Sequence record: PV730300.1
Reading direction: 5' to 3' (one strand)
From: a phage
Length of the DNA: 64,000 bases
In this document: positions 28,258 through 37,184 of the stretch, piece by piece
Numbering within the stretch: the first letter of the stretch is position 1
How the letters are laid out: each line of letters starts with the position of its first letter
Made by a program: the position numbers and the translations under genes
The notes under the pieces: model-generated
Databases searched by the model: none
What the model was told of the DNA's origin: nothing
The model's input: only the letters and a program-made list of their open reading frames with translations

Positions 28258-28583
28258 TTATCCTCCTCAAAATCTAAGAAAATAAAAATATTCACCTTTC
28301 CTTCAATCTCTTGTTCTAAAACAAGATCGGCAAATTCTGCATAAGCTTTCTCTTCAACTTTTTCAATATGTTCTGCGGCATCTTTAAAAGGCGTATCCCC
28401 ATCCACCTTTACTAATAAGAAAAGAGATCGCATTTCGACGTTTTTACTGTTACGAGGAAGGAAATCTACAGCTTCAACAATTCTCCAACCCAAATAGCCA
28501 GGGGTTTTATGAATCTCCCCTAAATACTTTTCTAAGATTTTACGACCCTCGTCGATAAGGGCTTGTTCTGTAGTAATTTCCAT
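28254..28583 (-). CDS. hypothetical protein
   Basis: ORF track; ATGA overlap. Confidence 0.45.
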   Translation of the reverse strand: MEITTEQALIDEGRKILEKYLGEIHKTPGYLGWRIVEAVDFLPRNSKNVEMRSLFLLVKVDGDTPFKDAAEHIEKVEEKAYAEFADLVLEQEIEGKVNIFIFLDFEEDK

Positions 28584-28593
28584 TCCTTCCTCC

Positions 28594-29184
28594 TCAAATT
28601 ATTAACGAAACCGCATGACTAAATCTTGGTTCAGATATAACCTCTGCTACAGTCACATATGTATCGTGCAGCCAAAAAGATTCTACTCTACAAACACAAA
28701 TACCGTTGATAATGAAATCTACACAGGATTTATTATTTTCGCACACCTGTTGACTATAAACAACCCCTAAAGAGTCATAAAGTGATCTCACTGTTGCTAC
28801 CATTTCATCTGTTTCGTCTTCCTGTGAAACAAAGAAAACGAATACAGACAAGTTGTTAGCGAAAGTACTGCTATTCTCTACTTCAACCGACTTACAAGGT
28901 AAAAAGGAGTAATATTTACCGTTAGGTATCAATTTCGCCTCAACCTGGTTAAGTATGCTTTGAGATGGTTTTGTTACATAAAAAAGATTTTCTGTTGGGT
29001 TTTCAACATTGCTCCTTACTATGCAACGAGTGGGGTTCGAAGGATCAAAAACATGATCAAAATCGACACACACAGGTAAGTTAACAACTTTAAACTTTTT
29101 GCTAAGAATGCTTACTGCTGTAAAAATCAAACCAGCATTTATTTTGCCAGTGAAAGTTGAACGCATAACTACTCCTCGGATCAT
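28594..29184 (-). CDS. hypothetical protein (196 aa)
   Basis: ORF track. Confidence 0.45.
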   Translation of the reverse strand: MIRGVVMRSTFTGKINAGLIFTAVSILSKKFKVVNLPVCVDFDHVFDPSNPTRCIVRSNVENPTENLFYVTKPSQSILNQVEAKLIPNGKYYSFLPCKSVEVENSSTFANNLSVFVFFVSQEDETDEMVATVRSLYDSLGVVYSQQVCENNKSCVDFIINGICVCRVESFWLHDTYVTVAEVISEPRFSHAVSLII

Positions 29185-29375
29185 TCTACCAAAGAGAATT
29201 CCGCCTCTTCCAGGTAGATTACAGACCTTGTTGCATGATATTTAACGCTCCAGAAATTACCTTCGCGCCGTAAAAGTATCTCATTCACATCAAGATTGCT
29301 TAGAAAAACCATATAACTTAAAGCTTGTTGACGCGTTGAGAATTGTTTCTCTAAAAGTTCTTCTCCGCTCTGCAT
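29181..29375 (-). CDS. hypothetical protein
   Basis: ORF track. Confidence 0.4.
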   Translation of the reverse strand: MQSGEELLEKQFSTRQQALSYMVFLSNLDVNEILLRREGNFWSVKYHATRSVIYLEEAEFSLVE

Positions 29376-29421
29376 AATCCCTCCCTAAAAATACTCCCTC
29401 CGAGAAGGGAGTATAAGTATA

Positions 29422-29625
29422 TCACGTAGTTGTTATGTTGTCTTCTTGGATACCAGAATCCACTTCTGCAAACATATCTTCTGCACTGTAATTATTTCCA
29501 GTCCAGCGTGATAGAAGGATAGCACCAATCTCTTTTGCATGAGATTCAGACTCCGCATAAACGTTAGTCCCAGTATCACCTTTTTTCTTTTCATGTGCAT
29601 AAATGCAGTAATAATTGTAAACCAT
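29422..29625 (-). CDS. hypothetical protein
   Basis: ORF track. Confidence 0.4.
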   Translation of the reverse strand: MVYNYYCIYAHEKKKGDTGTNVYAESESHAKEIGAILLSRWTGNNYSAEDMFAEVDSGIQEDNITTT

Positions 29626-29861
29626 TAGTCTTCCCAGTCATTGTCCTCGGTAGAGTGAACCAAAGCTCGCACGATGCCGCCATAATCTACTGCTTGGTTT
29701 GCAGCATGTTCGGCATAAACTTCAATGGCTTTTTTGAAGAAAAGAGCAGTAGCTGCTTCAATATTATCCATTTCGCCATCTACGTCAGTAGAAAGTGAAA
29801 GGTTGAGGCTTTCATCTACTTCATCAAAATCAATAGCCACTGTCATAATTAGTTTACCCAT
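29625..29861 (-). CDS. hypothetical acidic protein
   Basis: ORF track. Confidence 0.4.
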   Translation of the reverse strand: MGKLIMTVAIDFDEVDESLNLSLSTDVDGEMDNIEAATALFFKKAIEVYAEHAANQAVDYGGIVRALVHSTEDNDWED

Positions 29862-29873
29862 AGTTCACACTCC

Positions 29874-30383
29874 TTAAACAAAATAAAATGGTTGAGAGAG
29901 GCCCAAACGATTCTTTGGGTCGTATACATACCAAGCGTATGCTGTCTTATCTGTTCCACCTGCAACAAACGAAGGCCGTTCTGAAAGGACTATAAGGTTT
30001 GTTGGTGGATTCTTTTGATGGAACTCTCGTCGTTTCTTTGACTCCAAGAAGCCCAACCGAAGAAGATAAATACAAACATCCGCCTCTTTTAAGCTCTTTT
30101 CCAAGAACTCCATTGCTAACTTGAATGGAGGATTTGTGATTATAATGTCGGGACGATTTTCCCATTCATGACTAAAATAATCTTTACCTTCTTCAAGTTC
30201 ACAATATTCTGAACCTTCAGGAAAATGGCGATAAATCGCTTCAGCTTCACCTCTGCAAGGTTCTGCAAAAACCCAACCTTCTTCCTTTAGATTTTTGAAA
30301 TCTATAACACTAAACAAACTATTGATTGCTTTTTGCGGTGTCGGATAATAATCGCTCGTTGGGCGATCATAATCTAATGCCAT
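29874..30383 (-). CDS. small amino-methyltransferase-like protein (NPPF motif)
   Basis: FAEPCRGEAE (motif I-like) followed by DIIITNPPF (motif IV); only 169 aa. Confidence 0.4.
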   Translation of the reverse strand: MALDYDRPTSDYYPTPQKAINSLFSVIDFKNLKEEGWVFAEPCRGEAEAIYRHFPEGSEYCELEEGKDYFSHEWENRPDIIITNPPFKLAMEFLEKSLKEADVCIYLLRLGFLESKKRREFHQKNPPTNLIVLSERPSFVAGGTDKTAYAWYVYDPKNRLGLSQPFYFV

Positions 30384-30801
30384 CTAAAATCTCCTCTTTT
30401 GTAATATTATCCAACTCTTTAAAGGATGAAATCTCATTTAATAATCCTATTTGATCAGCCTCTAGAGGATAAGTGTTTTTATCTGTTTTTCTAGACAGAA
30501 TATCTTCAACAAACTTATCAATAGCCAAAGAAGAATCATAAAATTTTAAAAGTTGGTAATCCATAGGAGATATTTTGTCATCTCTTAGAAATATTTCTAA
30601 CATGTTTTCAGGAGTATCGTGGTTTAGTTTATGTTCACCAAAAATATTAACTTCGTAAACATCTTTGCCAAACCAACGTTTTTTCTTTTCAACAGTATAG
30701 GTTTTTGCCACCAGACCATCTAAACAGTTTCTTGCCCTCTTACATGTTTGACGGTAAGAGTGGATAGCGCCTTCAACAAACTTAGCAGGAACTTGTAACA
30801 T
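30367..30801 (-). CDS. hypothetical protein
   Basis: ORF track. Confidence 0.45.
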   Translation of the reverse strand: MLQVPAKFVEGAIHSYRQTCKRARNCLDGLVAKTYTVEKKKRWFGKDVYEVNIFGEHKLNHDTPENMLEIFLRDDKISPMDYQLLKFYDSSLAIDKFVEDILSRKTDKNTYPLEADQIGLLNEISSFKELDNITKEEILDGIRL

Positions 30802-30846
30802 TATTAATCTCCTATGTTTAAGAAATGCCCCCGAAGGGGCAGTTTG

Positions 30847-31539
30847 TTAAATAGCGGTTCCTTCGAAATCCGCCACATTTACGAGATTAATATTTTCAGA
30901 TTTAGAAGTCAAGTTGTTTTCTGCAACAGATTTTTCTTCAGTATCCGCCTCGTTACCTGCCACGTTACGAGGTTCTTCTTCACCGTAGGGATTACCGAAT
31001 TTCAAAAGATTGATCAATTCTTCTTTGGAGAAGTTTTCTAAATCATCATCTGTTAATTCAATAATCTCGTCTTGTTCTTCAATAAATGTTTCACCACCAG
31101 AAAAAGCATCTCGCTTTTTAGCTACTTCCATAGCCTGTTCTGGTGTTGCTCCTGCATCAAGAGCAGCTAAAGCAAAATCTGACCCGCTTCCTACCGCATA
31201 ATATTCTTCATCAATCGGATATGCACGTGTTGGGTTGTTACCTTCATGCAGGAAAATACGTCCGTCTGGATGAACAACAAGTGCAATAAACTCTTCATCT
31301 TCTTTGTCTGGATCAGAGTGAATCATCAAACCAGGGACAGCATCACGTGCTGCTTCGCACTGTAGGTTTTGTTCAAACCATTGAAAGAAAGAAAGCACGG
31401 AGGTCAGACGACCAGCACCACCTACAAGGTAATCTCCAATTTTTCGGACCTTTTTGAAATTAATAGAATCTACACGTCCACCGAAAGTTACCTTACCGTC
31501 ACTCAAAATCTTATTTTTGGTTGCAATAATTGTCGTCAC
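30847..31539 (-). CDS. HslV-like Ntn-hydrolase peptidase with acidic C-terminal extension
   Basis: GTG start then TTIIA (Thr2 nucleophile position), KKVRK, GGAG, AVGSGSDFALAALDAG align to HslV; RBS GAGGAGG. Confidence 0.6.
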   Translation of the reverse strand: MTTIIATKNKILSDGKVTFGGRVDSINFKKVRKIGDYLVGGAGRLTSVLSFFQWFEQNLQCEAARDAVPGLMIHSDPDKEDEEFIALVVHPDGRIFLHEGNNPTRAYPIDEEYYAVGSGSDFALAALDAGATPEQAMEVAKKRDAFSGGETFIEEQDEIIELTDDDLENFSKEELINLLKFGNPYGEEEPRNVAGNEADTEEKSVAENNLTSKSENINLVNVADFEGTAI

Positions 31540-32042
31540 TATTCTTCCTCCTCTGTTAATGTTTTAAGAACCGCTTTCCCGCCATTCACATATTTGCAGA
31601 TGTATTCTATCGCACGTAGTGTCTCTTTGTCAACAAAAATTTGATCAGACGTTGCGAGCGGGTTATTAAGAAGATCACTGCAATCACGAACAAGCAGTGC
31701 TTTCTTATTAAACAAATTACTTAAGAACAGTAACTTCGCCTCTTCTTCTGTTATGTGCAGAAGGCTAGGATCGGAGCCAGCTATTCCTATTATACAATCA
31801 AACAAGCTTTCTTTACTATCAGAAAGTTCTTGAAAATGGTTTAAAAGCCAATCTTCTCCTAGACACCAACATTTAAACATTTCCAGTTTATCTCGGAGGG
31901 TCATATTCTCTAAAGTAAGAGCAATCTCTTTTTCAATATGGTTTACACAAATTTGACGAAATTCGTTAGGTTTTACGAGTCCCGTTTGATAGCACTCATC
32001 TATACCGCTTCTTCCGATAGCTATTGTTGCTACACCCATCAA
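31539..32042 (-). CDS. hypothetical protein (167 aa)
   Basis: ORF track. Confidence 0.45.
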   Translation of the reverse strand: MMGVATIAIGRSGIDECYQTGLVKPNEFRQICVNHIEKEIALTLENMTLRDKLEMFKCWCLGEDWLLNHFQELSDSKESLFDCIIGIAGSDPSLLHITEEEAKLLFLSNLFNKKALLVRDCSDLLNNPLATSDQIFVDKETLRAIEYICKYVNGGKAVLKTLTEEEE

Positions 32043-32074
32043 TCCTCCTTATAAATGGCTTCCCTGCCATGTTA

Positions 32075-32833
32075 TTAAATAAACACTTCAGTAATCAGTT
32101 TAGACAAACGTCCACGTTTATTATCGTCCGTTGTCAGTTCAACGTATCCAATAAAATCTACAATTGGCTCACGAACACCTTCTTCATTTTCTGGATACAA
32201 AAGTTCCAAAATTTGATGCAGACCATTACTACGTTTTTTAATTGCATATGTCTGGCGAACATCGCCTAATACAATAACATGCGTATTAATACCTGCACGT
32301 TCAATAAGAAGTTTAAGTGTTTCTGTTGACATAAGTTGTGCTTCGTCAATAATGACGATTGTATTATCCAGGGTAGCCCCTAACAAATAGTTAGGAATAT
32401 TCAATTCGATCTTACCTGATCCAATATCGTTTTCCAATTTGTTGGCTGTCATGAATTGCTGGAAAATACGTTTTGTAGATTCATAGTGTGCTGCTAGTTT
32501 ATCTGTTTTATCCCCCGACAAGAAACCAATCTGATCATCTCCGACTTCAGTAGGGTTCTTGATAAAAAGTAGTTTACGGAAGTCTCCTGAGCGAAGCATC
32601 TGCAAAGCTTTCCATAAAGCAACAGAGGTTTTACCAGTCCCTGCCGGAGCATTTACAACAGTCAGATCATTCCAAATCATGCTTTGAACAATCTTATTTT
32701 GGTCCCCTTCAGGCATAAATTCATCTAAACGGTAATCGTCATTACCTACCGCTTTTGCTGCATAACGGCTTTCAATCTTTGCTGAATTAGCCAGTTTCTG
32801 CCGTTGTGTTTTAGCTGCGGTTTTATTTCCCAT
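32075..32833 (-). CDS. phoH: PhoH-like ATPase
   Basis: NAPAGTGKT Walker A, VIIDEAQ Walker B-like; ATG at 32833 after AAAGGAG (track start 32884 overlaps lysozyme). Confidence 0.75.
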   Translation of the reverse strand: MGNKTAAKTQRQKLANSAKIESRYAAKAVGNDDYRLDEFMPEGDQNKIVQSMIWNDLTVVNAPAGTGKTSVALWKALQMLRSGDFRKLLFIKNPTEVGDDQIGFLSGDKTDKLAAHYESTKRIFQQFMTANKLENDIGSGKIELNIPNYLLGATLDNTIVIIDEAQLMSTETLKLLIERAGINTHVIVLGDVRQTYAIKKRSNGLHQILELLYPENEEGVREPIVDFIGYVELTTDDNKRGRLSKLITEVFI

Positions 32834-32850
32834 AGTAGCACTCCTTTTAG

Positions 32851-32868
32851 AAGGGGCCGAAGCCCCTT
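32851..32868 (-). other. conserved intercistronic hairpin AAGGGGCCGAAGCCCCTT (copy 2 of 3)
   Basis: Between lysozyme stop and phoH RBS. Confidence 0.5.
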
Positions 32869-32870
32869 TA

Positions 32871-33371
32871 TTAGTTGTAAGCATCTAAAGTTCCAGAAGT
32901 CAGAACTTTAATTACTCGTTCAGCACGGTTTGGCGTCTGGCTATACCATCGGCTTTTACGCATGTTTTTACCTGCTTGAGTATAATATGCATTGCTGATT
33001 AAAGTCAAGCTATTTTGAAACCCTTCAGCACCTTTTAACCCCAACTGGAAAACCATGTTGATTATTCCCAATTTACGAGTATCACTAACCTTATCATAGA
33101 TTGGTGATAAGATAGTACTGTTTTTTATGTCTCTCTTCACTTTTGCAACATCGTCAGCAAAGATTTGACGGGCTTCTTTTTCTGTGATAACTCCATTAGT
33201 CTTACGACCAAGAAGATTATCTAAGATTTGAATAGCCTTTGCTTTATCTTTTATTTTAGTCAGAAGGTGTCCTATGCCGACTGTCCAATAACCAAGATGG
33301 TCTTGATAAACAGTAAGCTTCAGTCCTTCATCGACTCGTAGCATATCAAACTCATCTACTACTTTAGCCAT
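32871..33371 (-). CDS. T4-type lysozyme (endolysin, glycoside hydrolase family 24)
   Basis: DEGLKLTVYQDHLGYWTVGIGHLLTK and RWYSQTPNRAERVI align closely to T4 lysozyme. Confidence 0.85.
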   Translation of the reverse strand: MAKVVDEFDMLRVDEGLKLTVYQDHLGYWTVGIGHLLTKIKDKAKAIQILDNLLGRKTNGVITEKEARQIFADDVAKVKRDIKNSTILSPIYDKVSDTRKLGIINMVFQLGLKGAEGFQNSLTLISNAYYTQAGKNMRKSRWYSQTPNRAERVIKVLTSGTLDAYN

Positions 33372-33533
33372 TTACTTCCTATTCGTCGTCTCCTACTCCG
33401 TGATCCAACTCGTTAAACAACAGATGTTCTGGAGAAGTTTCACGTTTTGGTTTCGTTTTCTTTATGTTGGACTTCAGCTCATTTGCCAAAGCACGAGAAA
33501 AGATCTTACGTTTCTGTTTACTTTTCATAATTG

Positions 33534-33794
33534 TTACTCCGCAATTTGAGCCATGAGATCACGCAGTTCGGTAAAACCGCCTACGTATGTTACCTCCCCG
33601 TTCACTTCAGACAGAATTTGTGGAAATGTGCGTGGAGGAACTCCGGTAAGATCAACAACTGTTTTAGTCATTGATTCTAAATCGTAGTCTTGGTCAAGAC
33701 TTAAATATTCAAACTGTTTATTGCGCATAGTCAATAGTTGTTTTGACATTTCACAAAATTGACAGTTAGGTTTACCAAAAATTACAAATTCCAT
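33534..33794 (-). CDS. glutaredoxin-like protein (NrdH/NrdC-type redoxin)
   Basis: CQFC active-site motif, about 86 aa, adjacent to RNR genes. Confidence 0.6.
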   Translation of the reverse strand: MEFVIFGKPNCQFCEMSKQLLTMRNKQFEYLSLDQDYDLESMTKTVVDLTGVPPRTFPQILSEVNGEVTYVGGFTELRDLMAQIAE

Positions 33795-34636
33795 TACCTC
33801 TCCTTATTAAGTAATACTGCTAAAGACTGTTCAATACCTTTATTTAAATCTGATTTTGTAAGATAGTGACTGGTTACTAGTTGTGACTTCACCGGACGTG
33901 CTGCTGGAGCATTATAGGTTGAAGCTGATACCGCCGATATCTTAACAGGTTCTGGCATCTGTGTCAAGATCTTTTCCGCAAACTCCGCCCAAGAAATAAG
34001 ATGGCTTCCTGCAAAATGGTAAGTCTTAACAGACCTTGACCAACCTGTTTTTAATACTTCAAAAATAGCTTCTGCTAAATCTGGAGCATATGTTGGACAA
34101 GAGAACTGATCAGCAACAATAATAAAATCACGTTGTCCATCATTATAGCGAGACAACATGGTTTTTAGAAAGTTATTTCCAAATTCGCTATATACCGAGG
34201 CTGTTCGAATAATATATGCATTTGGGTTAACTCCTCGCACCATTTTTTCACCAAGTTCTTTCGTATACCCATAATTGTTTATTGGGTTAGGTGTAGTATC
34301 TTCAAAAATAGGATGAGAATAATTAAAAATATAGTCTGTAGAAATATGCACAAAATCAATTTTAAGTTTGCTGCACACTGCCGCAATATTTGCAGGTCCA
34401 TACGCATTAACAGCCAAAGCAGTAGCAAAATCATGTTCTGCTTTATCTACAGCCGTATAAGCAGCGCAGTTAATAACACCGTCTACATAATCTTCAACAA
34501 TAGCGTTTCGCACAGCTTCAAAATTTGTAATATCTACACGTTCTTTAGGATAAATTAAAGATACGTTTGAAGGAACCACTTTACGTAAAGCTTGTCCCAG
34601 TTGTCCATTACCACCCAATACCAGATATGTTAGCAT
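33794..34636 (-). CDS. rmlD: dTDP-4-dehydrorhamnose reductase
   Basis: VLGGNGQLG, AAYTAVDKAE, STDYIF, YGYTK, NNFLKTML, DQFSCPT align to RmlD. Confidence 0.8.
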   Translation of the reverse strand: MLTYLVLGGNGQLGQALRKVVPSNVSLIYPKERVDITNFEAVRNAIVEDYVDGVINCAAYTAVDKAEHDFATALAVNAYGPANIAAVCSKLKIDFVHISTDYIFNYSHPIFEDTTPNPINNYGYTKELGEKMVRGVNPNAYIIRTASVYSEFGNNFLKTMLSRYNDGQRDFIIVADQFSCPTYAPDLAEAIFEVLKTGWSRSVKTYHFAGSHLISWAEFAEKILTQMPEPVKISAVSASTYNAPAARPVKSQLVTSHYLTKSDLNKGIEQSLAVLLNKER

Positions 34637-35196
34637 ACACCCTCACTACGCAACTGTTGAAAAGATTTAGCCATTGCATCTTTTGTTGATAAGATAGGTT
34701 TAAAACCTTCGTCAAAAATCATATCGAAGCCCCAATCGATCCCTATGTCAGGATCATCCCAACGTAAACTTTGTTCGCTAGAAGGGTCGTATGGAGTTGT
34801 GCATTTGTATTCAAAGATAGCGTCCATACTCAAAACTATAAAACCATGTGCCAAACCAGGGGGAAGCCAAAACTGCGTATGGTGTCGTGCACTAAGAACA
34901 ACACCGTCCCAAGCACCGTAAGTTGGACTATCTTTACGTAAATCTACAGCGAAATCCAATACTTCTCCACTTACACAACGAACAAGCTTACCTTGCGGGT
35001 TATTTGTTTGAAAGTGCATTCCTCGCAAAACACCGAAGTTTGATTTAGACATATTATCTTGAACGAAAGTTTGTTTACCAATGATATCTTCGTATTTTTG
35101 TTCATTGTATGTTTCTAAAAAGAAACCACGATCATCTTTATAAACGTCTGGTTTGATAATTACCGCACCTTCAATTTTTGTTTTTTCTACTTTCAT
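34630..35196 (-). CDS. rmlC: dTDP-4-dehydrorhamnose 3,5-epimerase
   Basis: DDRGFFLETYN, FVQDNMSKSNFGVLRGMHFQ, GKLVRCVSGEVLDFAVDLRK align to RmlC. Confidence 0.8.
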   Translation of the reverse strand: MKVEKTKIEGAVIIKPDVYKDDRGFFLETYNEQKYEDIIGKQTFVQDNMSKSNFGVLRGMHFQTNNPQGKLVRCVSGEVLDFAVDLRKDSPTYGAWDGVVLSARHHTQFWLPPGLAHGFIVLSMDAIFEYKCTTPYDPSSEQSLRWDDPDIGIDWGFDMIFDEGFKPILSTKDAMAKSFQQLRSEGVC

Positions 35197-35205
35197 TTTC
35201 TCTCC

Positions 35206-35532
35206 TTACCAGACATGTTGAGAAATAATAGTTTCCGTTTTAATGTTATATTTTTCAAGTAGCTCTGCATAGGCTTCTTTTGCATTCTCATTTACTTTCT
35301 CAAGATCTACAGCTACGCTTCCTTCTCCGCCTTCTAAATAAATACCATATATGCAATAAGACTCATCAGCATCGTAGAAAGGAGAGATGCGACTTAAGTC
35401 AAGACCTTCTTGTAAGAACCAGTTAAAATCTCCGTCAAATTCTTCTTCAATTCTAGGGTCTTCTCCTACAGCCTCTTCCCATTTATTAAAAGGTGCACCC
35501 TGTAACATACGCCATTCGATATCAATACCCAT
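35206..35532 (-). CDS. hypothetical acidic protein
   Basis: ORF track. Confidence 0.45.
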   Translation of the reverse strand: MGIDIEWRMLQGAPFNKWEEAVGEDPRIEEEFDGDFNWFLQEGLDLSRISPFYDADESYCIYGIYLEGGEGSVAVDLEKVNENAKEAYAELLEKYNIKTETIISQHVW

Positions 35533-35707
35533 TTTTCATCTCCTCCTCTTCTTGAGCAGCTTTAATAATTGCTTCATAAATATCGTAAGCAATGCCTCCA
35601 CAACATCTAGCTTCGAAAGCTATTGCTTCTGCAATGTGATCTGTTAATTCTCGTGGAATACGGACATACTCTTTTTCATTCTCCATCTTCCACCTCTTCT
35701 TTTTCAA
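35522..35707 (-). CDS. hypothetical small protein (possible ribbon-helix-helix)
   Basis: ORF track; EYVRIPRELTDHIAEAIA resembles RHH N-terminus. Confidence 0.35.
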   Translation of the reverse strand: MKKKRWKMENEKEYVRIPRELTDHIAEAIAFEARCCGGIAYDIYEAIIKAAQEEEEMKNGY

Positions 35708-35821
35708 AGACTACTACTCGTCCCTCACCATGACAATTCAGGCAAGGAAATGTTACCATAATTTCCACTTCCATCTGTCCAGTCCCACCGCACACAGGAC
35801 AAAAAATAAGTTTTTCAGCCA

Positions 35822-36031
35822 TTATTCCTCCTTAATTATTTCAAACTTGGCAACACCGTTTACAATAATATGACCACAAGACATAACTCCTAGCCAAGGA
35901 TCGCCGTTTTTCTTCGGGCGTTTACCGAATACATCACAAAAACCATTCTTCATTTCGGAGGCTTCATAAGAAGCCCCTTTGTCAAAAACGTCTTTGAATG
36001 TGTCGATTATACCAACACATCTCAAAATCAT
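35822..36031 (-). CDS. hypothetical protein
   Basis: ORF track; ATGA overlap with nrdB stop. Confidence 0.4.
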   Translation of the reverse strand: MILRCVGIIDTFKDVFDKGASYEASEMKNGFCDVFGKRPKKNGDPWLGVMSCGHIIVNGVAKFEIIKEE

Positions 36032-37116
36032 TAGAAGTCAAGCTCCTCATCATCAGAGAGATCTTTGTTAGCTGAATTCAATTTGTAATTAGTTAACTGA
36101 ATCTCTTGGGCTGCTGACTGAATCAAATCAGGATTCAACCATTTTTCCATCCAAGCTAAAGGACTATGTTTAGGTGCTTTAAACTTAGCTTTCATTTTCA
36201 ATCGACGATAAATAGGAGCAGCATTGAAATAAACCCACTGTTTAGACAATTCGGCGTTAAGACCTACAATAAAACGACCTTCACTAAACAGGTAGTCACA
36301 CCACTGTTCCTCTTGTTCAACAACAGTGTCGAGGATCAAAGTCAACTCTTCAATATTGTCTTCGTAAATTTTACGCCAAATTGGGTCATGCATCAATGCA
36401 TCAATTACAGCATAATCCATCTTAACATGCAAGATTTCATCTAACATAATTTTCTGGATCAGTTTACAAGCCCCAACAAACAGTTGTTGTTCTGCCATAG
36501 CAAAAGTAGCAGAGAAGGAAGATATAAACTGAATACCTTCTAATCCAATCAGGGCTACCATCCCTTTAAGAATCAGCAGTCGAAGTTCATCGTTAGCTTC
36601 AATCAATCCTAGAGCATACTTATGACCAGCTTCTTCCAACTGACCCATGATATCAGCAATGATACCCATACGATTGAAAATTTTATCATTAATCATAATC
36701 TGATTGATGACTTCGATTGGATCTGGAGTACATTGACGGATTATTTCAGAATACGTTAACGCATGGAGAACTTCCATTTCACTCTGCTTCATCATCATAG
36801 CACAGGCTTCATTGTTACTCAAGAATGGAGAGAACAAAGTGATGATTGATTTTGCAAGAGAATCATTTTCCCATTGGAACGATAAGTTTTTAATCATAAC
36901 ATCATAGTTGTTTTTAGAACAAGCTACGAAATCTTTACGTGTCTGATCCAGATTGACTTCATTCTCATCCCAATCTTGTGCTTTTTGAAGTTTGTAGAGT
37001 TTGTGCATTTCTGGATAAGTTACGTTAACAGAATCAAAGATCCCTAATTGTTCCCCTAAAAATACTGGATATTTTCCTGTTTTGTAAACTTCATTGTGTA
37101 AATTAATTGCTGCCAT
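36031..37116 (-). CDS. nrdB: ribonucleotide reductase class Ia small subunit
   Basis: Length 361 aa; N-terminus and helical core resemble E. coli NrdB; adjacent to nrdA. Confidence 0.8.
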   Translation of the reverse strand: MAAINLHNEVYKTGKYPVFLGEQLGIFDSVNVTYPEMHKLYKLQKAQDWDENEVNLDQTRKDFVACSKNNYDVMIKNLSFQWENDSLAKSIITLFSPFLSNNEACAMMMKQSEMEVLHALTYSEIIRQCTPDPIEVINQIMINDKIFNRMGIIADIMGQLEEAGHKYALGLIEANDELRLLILKGMVALIGLEGIQFISSFSATFAMAEQQLFVGACKLIQKIMLDEILHVKMDYAVIDALMHDPIWRKIYEDNIEELTLILDTVVEQEEQWCDYLFSEGRFIVGLNAELSKQWVYFNAAPIYRRLKMKAKFKAPKHSPLAWMEKWLNPDLIQSAAQEIQLTNYKLNSANKDLSDDEELDF

Positions 37117-37133
37117 TTAAAATTCTCCTCAAT

Positions 37134-37155
37134 AAAAGGGGGCCGAAGCCCCTTT
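37134..37155 (-). other. conserved intercistronic hairpin AAAGGGGGCCGAAGCCCCTTT (copy 3 of 3)
   Basis: Between nrdA stop and nrdB RBS. Confidence 0.5.
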
Positions 37156-37184
37156 ACGTTTACCCTTCTTCACCTGTTCTCCTA

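Noticed and set aside
32833-32884. N-terminal extension of phoH to the track start at 32884
   Set aside because: It would overlap the lysozyme gene and span the conserved intercistronic hairpin; an ATG with AAAGGAG RBS at 32833 is more plausible.
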